DNA of 64,000 bases from Chiloscyllium plagiosum (taxonomy: Eukaryota), in assembly GCF_004010195.1 (NCBI RefSeq), contig NC_057720.1, positions 19,033,601 to 19,097,600 on the forward strand. Reading direction: 5' to 3'. The notes beneath the pieces are model-generated. The model saw only the letters and a program-made list of their open reading frames with translations, was not told the DNA's origin and searched no databases. This document shows positions 62,570 through 64,000 of this stretch, piece after piece. Every line of letters begins with the position of its first letter. Position 1 is the first letter of the stretch. The position numbers and the translations under genes are program-made.

Positions 62570-64000
62570 CAGAGTTATGAGCTGTCATTATAGTAGTGCA
62601 TTCTTCAAGTTAATAATTTAAATTCTCCTCTTCGTGCCCCAATTGAACTGCCTTCACCATACGTTTTCAGACAGTGATTCTCGATTCTAGGTGTTGTGTT
62701 GCTTTTTTTTTGGTCAGATACCTTAAATTTGTGCTCTCTACTTCTTCTTTCTTCCATAAATGGGAACATTTCTACCTATCTACTCTGTCCAAACTCCATG
62801 TGATTTTAAATACCTCAATTAAATTTTCTCCTAAACTTCTCCAAAAAGAAGTCTCAACAACTTCAATCTGTTTCTGAAACTGATGTTTCTCATCACTGGA
62901 ACCATTTGTATCAGATTTTTAAATCCTTCCAAAGTGTGCTGTTTAGAAATGGGCACAATATTCTAATTGAGGCTGAACCAGTTTTTTTCTACAGTGTTAA
63001 CATCATATGTACTGGTGTAGAAGTGTGGTTTCTAATGAATTTTCAGCCAAAAAGTAGGGGATTGAGTTTTATGTGAGTAACATTTTGGAAGGGTTCAAAT
63101 TCATTTCTCCTTTCATAGAGTTACCAGCTTGAAGCTTGTGTGTTTGTTTGTGCCAATCCTCCTTCCTTAAGCGGCACAAAAGAACCTAAGGTATGTGCAT
63201 AGATACTAGGAACAGAACAGCTCATTCAGTGATGTGCTATTCTATGGTCGTAAAAAATAGGTGAAATTAACAAACATATGTTCAAAGGGTTTTGTTTTGT
63301 GTTGGCTCAAAATTTGGGTTTGAATATTTTGGCCAAAGGTGAGGGGTTGACCTTTGCATGAGATTGACCATTTTCTTAAAAATAGACAGCAATGTCCATG
63401 CTTTTGTAACCTGCATTCTTATTGATTAGAGTCGAGACGGCTGTGTGCTTTCTTAACCTTGTTCTCCATCTATCCTGTCATCTTCAGTACTTTGTATACA
63501 TGTAGACTCAGGCTCCTTTGCTCCTTTTTTAGAATTGGTTCTTTTTATTTCACCTCTTCTGAATTCTTCCTACCAAAATACATCACTTTGCACTTCTGTG
63601 CATTGAATTTAATCTCCAATCTGTTTGTCCTTCAAATTTGTAGATCACTCTTAGAGTTCACAATAGTTTTGTATCCTCTGCACATTTTAAAATGTTGCTG
63701 CCTTCACCATAGTCTATATCCTGACTATTTATTTATGTATGCCTATCTCCGGAAGATTGGGGTACTAATGTGCTCCAAACTGATAAACAACTGTTCACTA
63801 CTTCTCTTTCCTGTTGCTCATCTAATTTTATATCCATGTTGCTGCTGTCCTTTTGTTCCATGAATTCTAACTTTTCTCTGAAGTCTGTTGTACACCACTG
63901 TATCAGAGAACTTTTGGGAGTCTAGTCACACCGCATCAACAACAGTTTCCTCAACAACTTTGTTAGCTCTTCAAAAACATCCAGATTAGTTGAAAATTAT
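62570..64000 (-). mobile_element. Old CR1 fragment, interrupted at about 63005-63390 by a possible degenerate DNA-transposon MITE
   Basis: GGGCACAATATTCTAATTGAGG; CTACCAAAATACATCACTTTGCACTT...TTGAATTT (EIKFNAQKCKVMYFG on -). Confidence 0.55.

Noticed and set aside
1..64000. CRISPR array, operons or other prokaryotic systems
   Set aside because: No regularly spaced repeat-spacer array or gene-dense region; the content is vertebrate repeats.

Overview
Eukaryotic, AT-rich, repeat-dense non-coding DNA, most likely from a shark. The evidence is HE1-type V-SINEs with (TAATC)n tails plus many CR1/HER1-type LINE fragments. I found no intact host protein-coding gene; essentially all recognisable ORFs are decayed transposon fragments. 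These include CR1 esterase/APE/RT, Penelope GIY-YIG, two Gypsy-type LTR elements, Tx1, L2 and Tc1/pogo-type MITEs. There are three N gaps. The most striking signal is about 20 minimal type-I hammerhead-ribozyme motifs (CUGANGA-N-stemII-GAAA-palindromic loop) from four sequence families. Two families sit in Penelope-like elements with GIY-YIG remnants. The commonest family sits in ~100-250 bp non-coding insertions that start at the ribozyme, carry 11-16 bp target-site duplications and often form inverted pairs, including a perfect 85-bp hairpin. Other notable structures are a four-level transposon nest (27.9-35.7 kb), a flipped hairpin loop between two LTRs, an inverted duplication (20-25 kb) and an apparent locally templated insertion (54.8 kb, sharing a junction with 32.3 kb). 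All coordinates and family calls were read by eye, without database searches.
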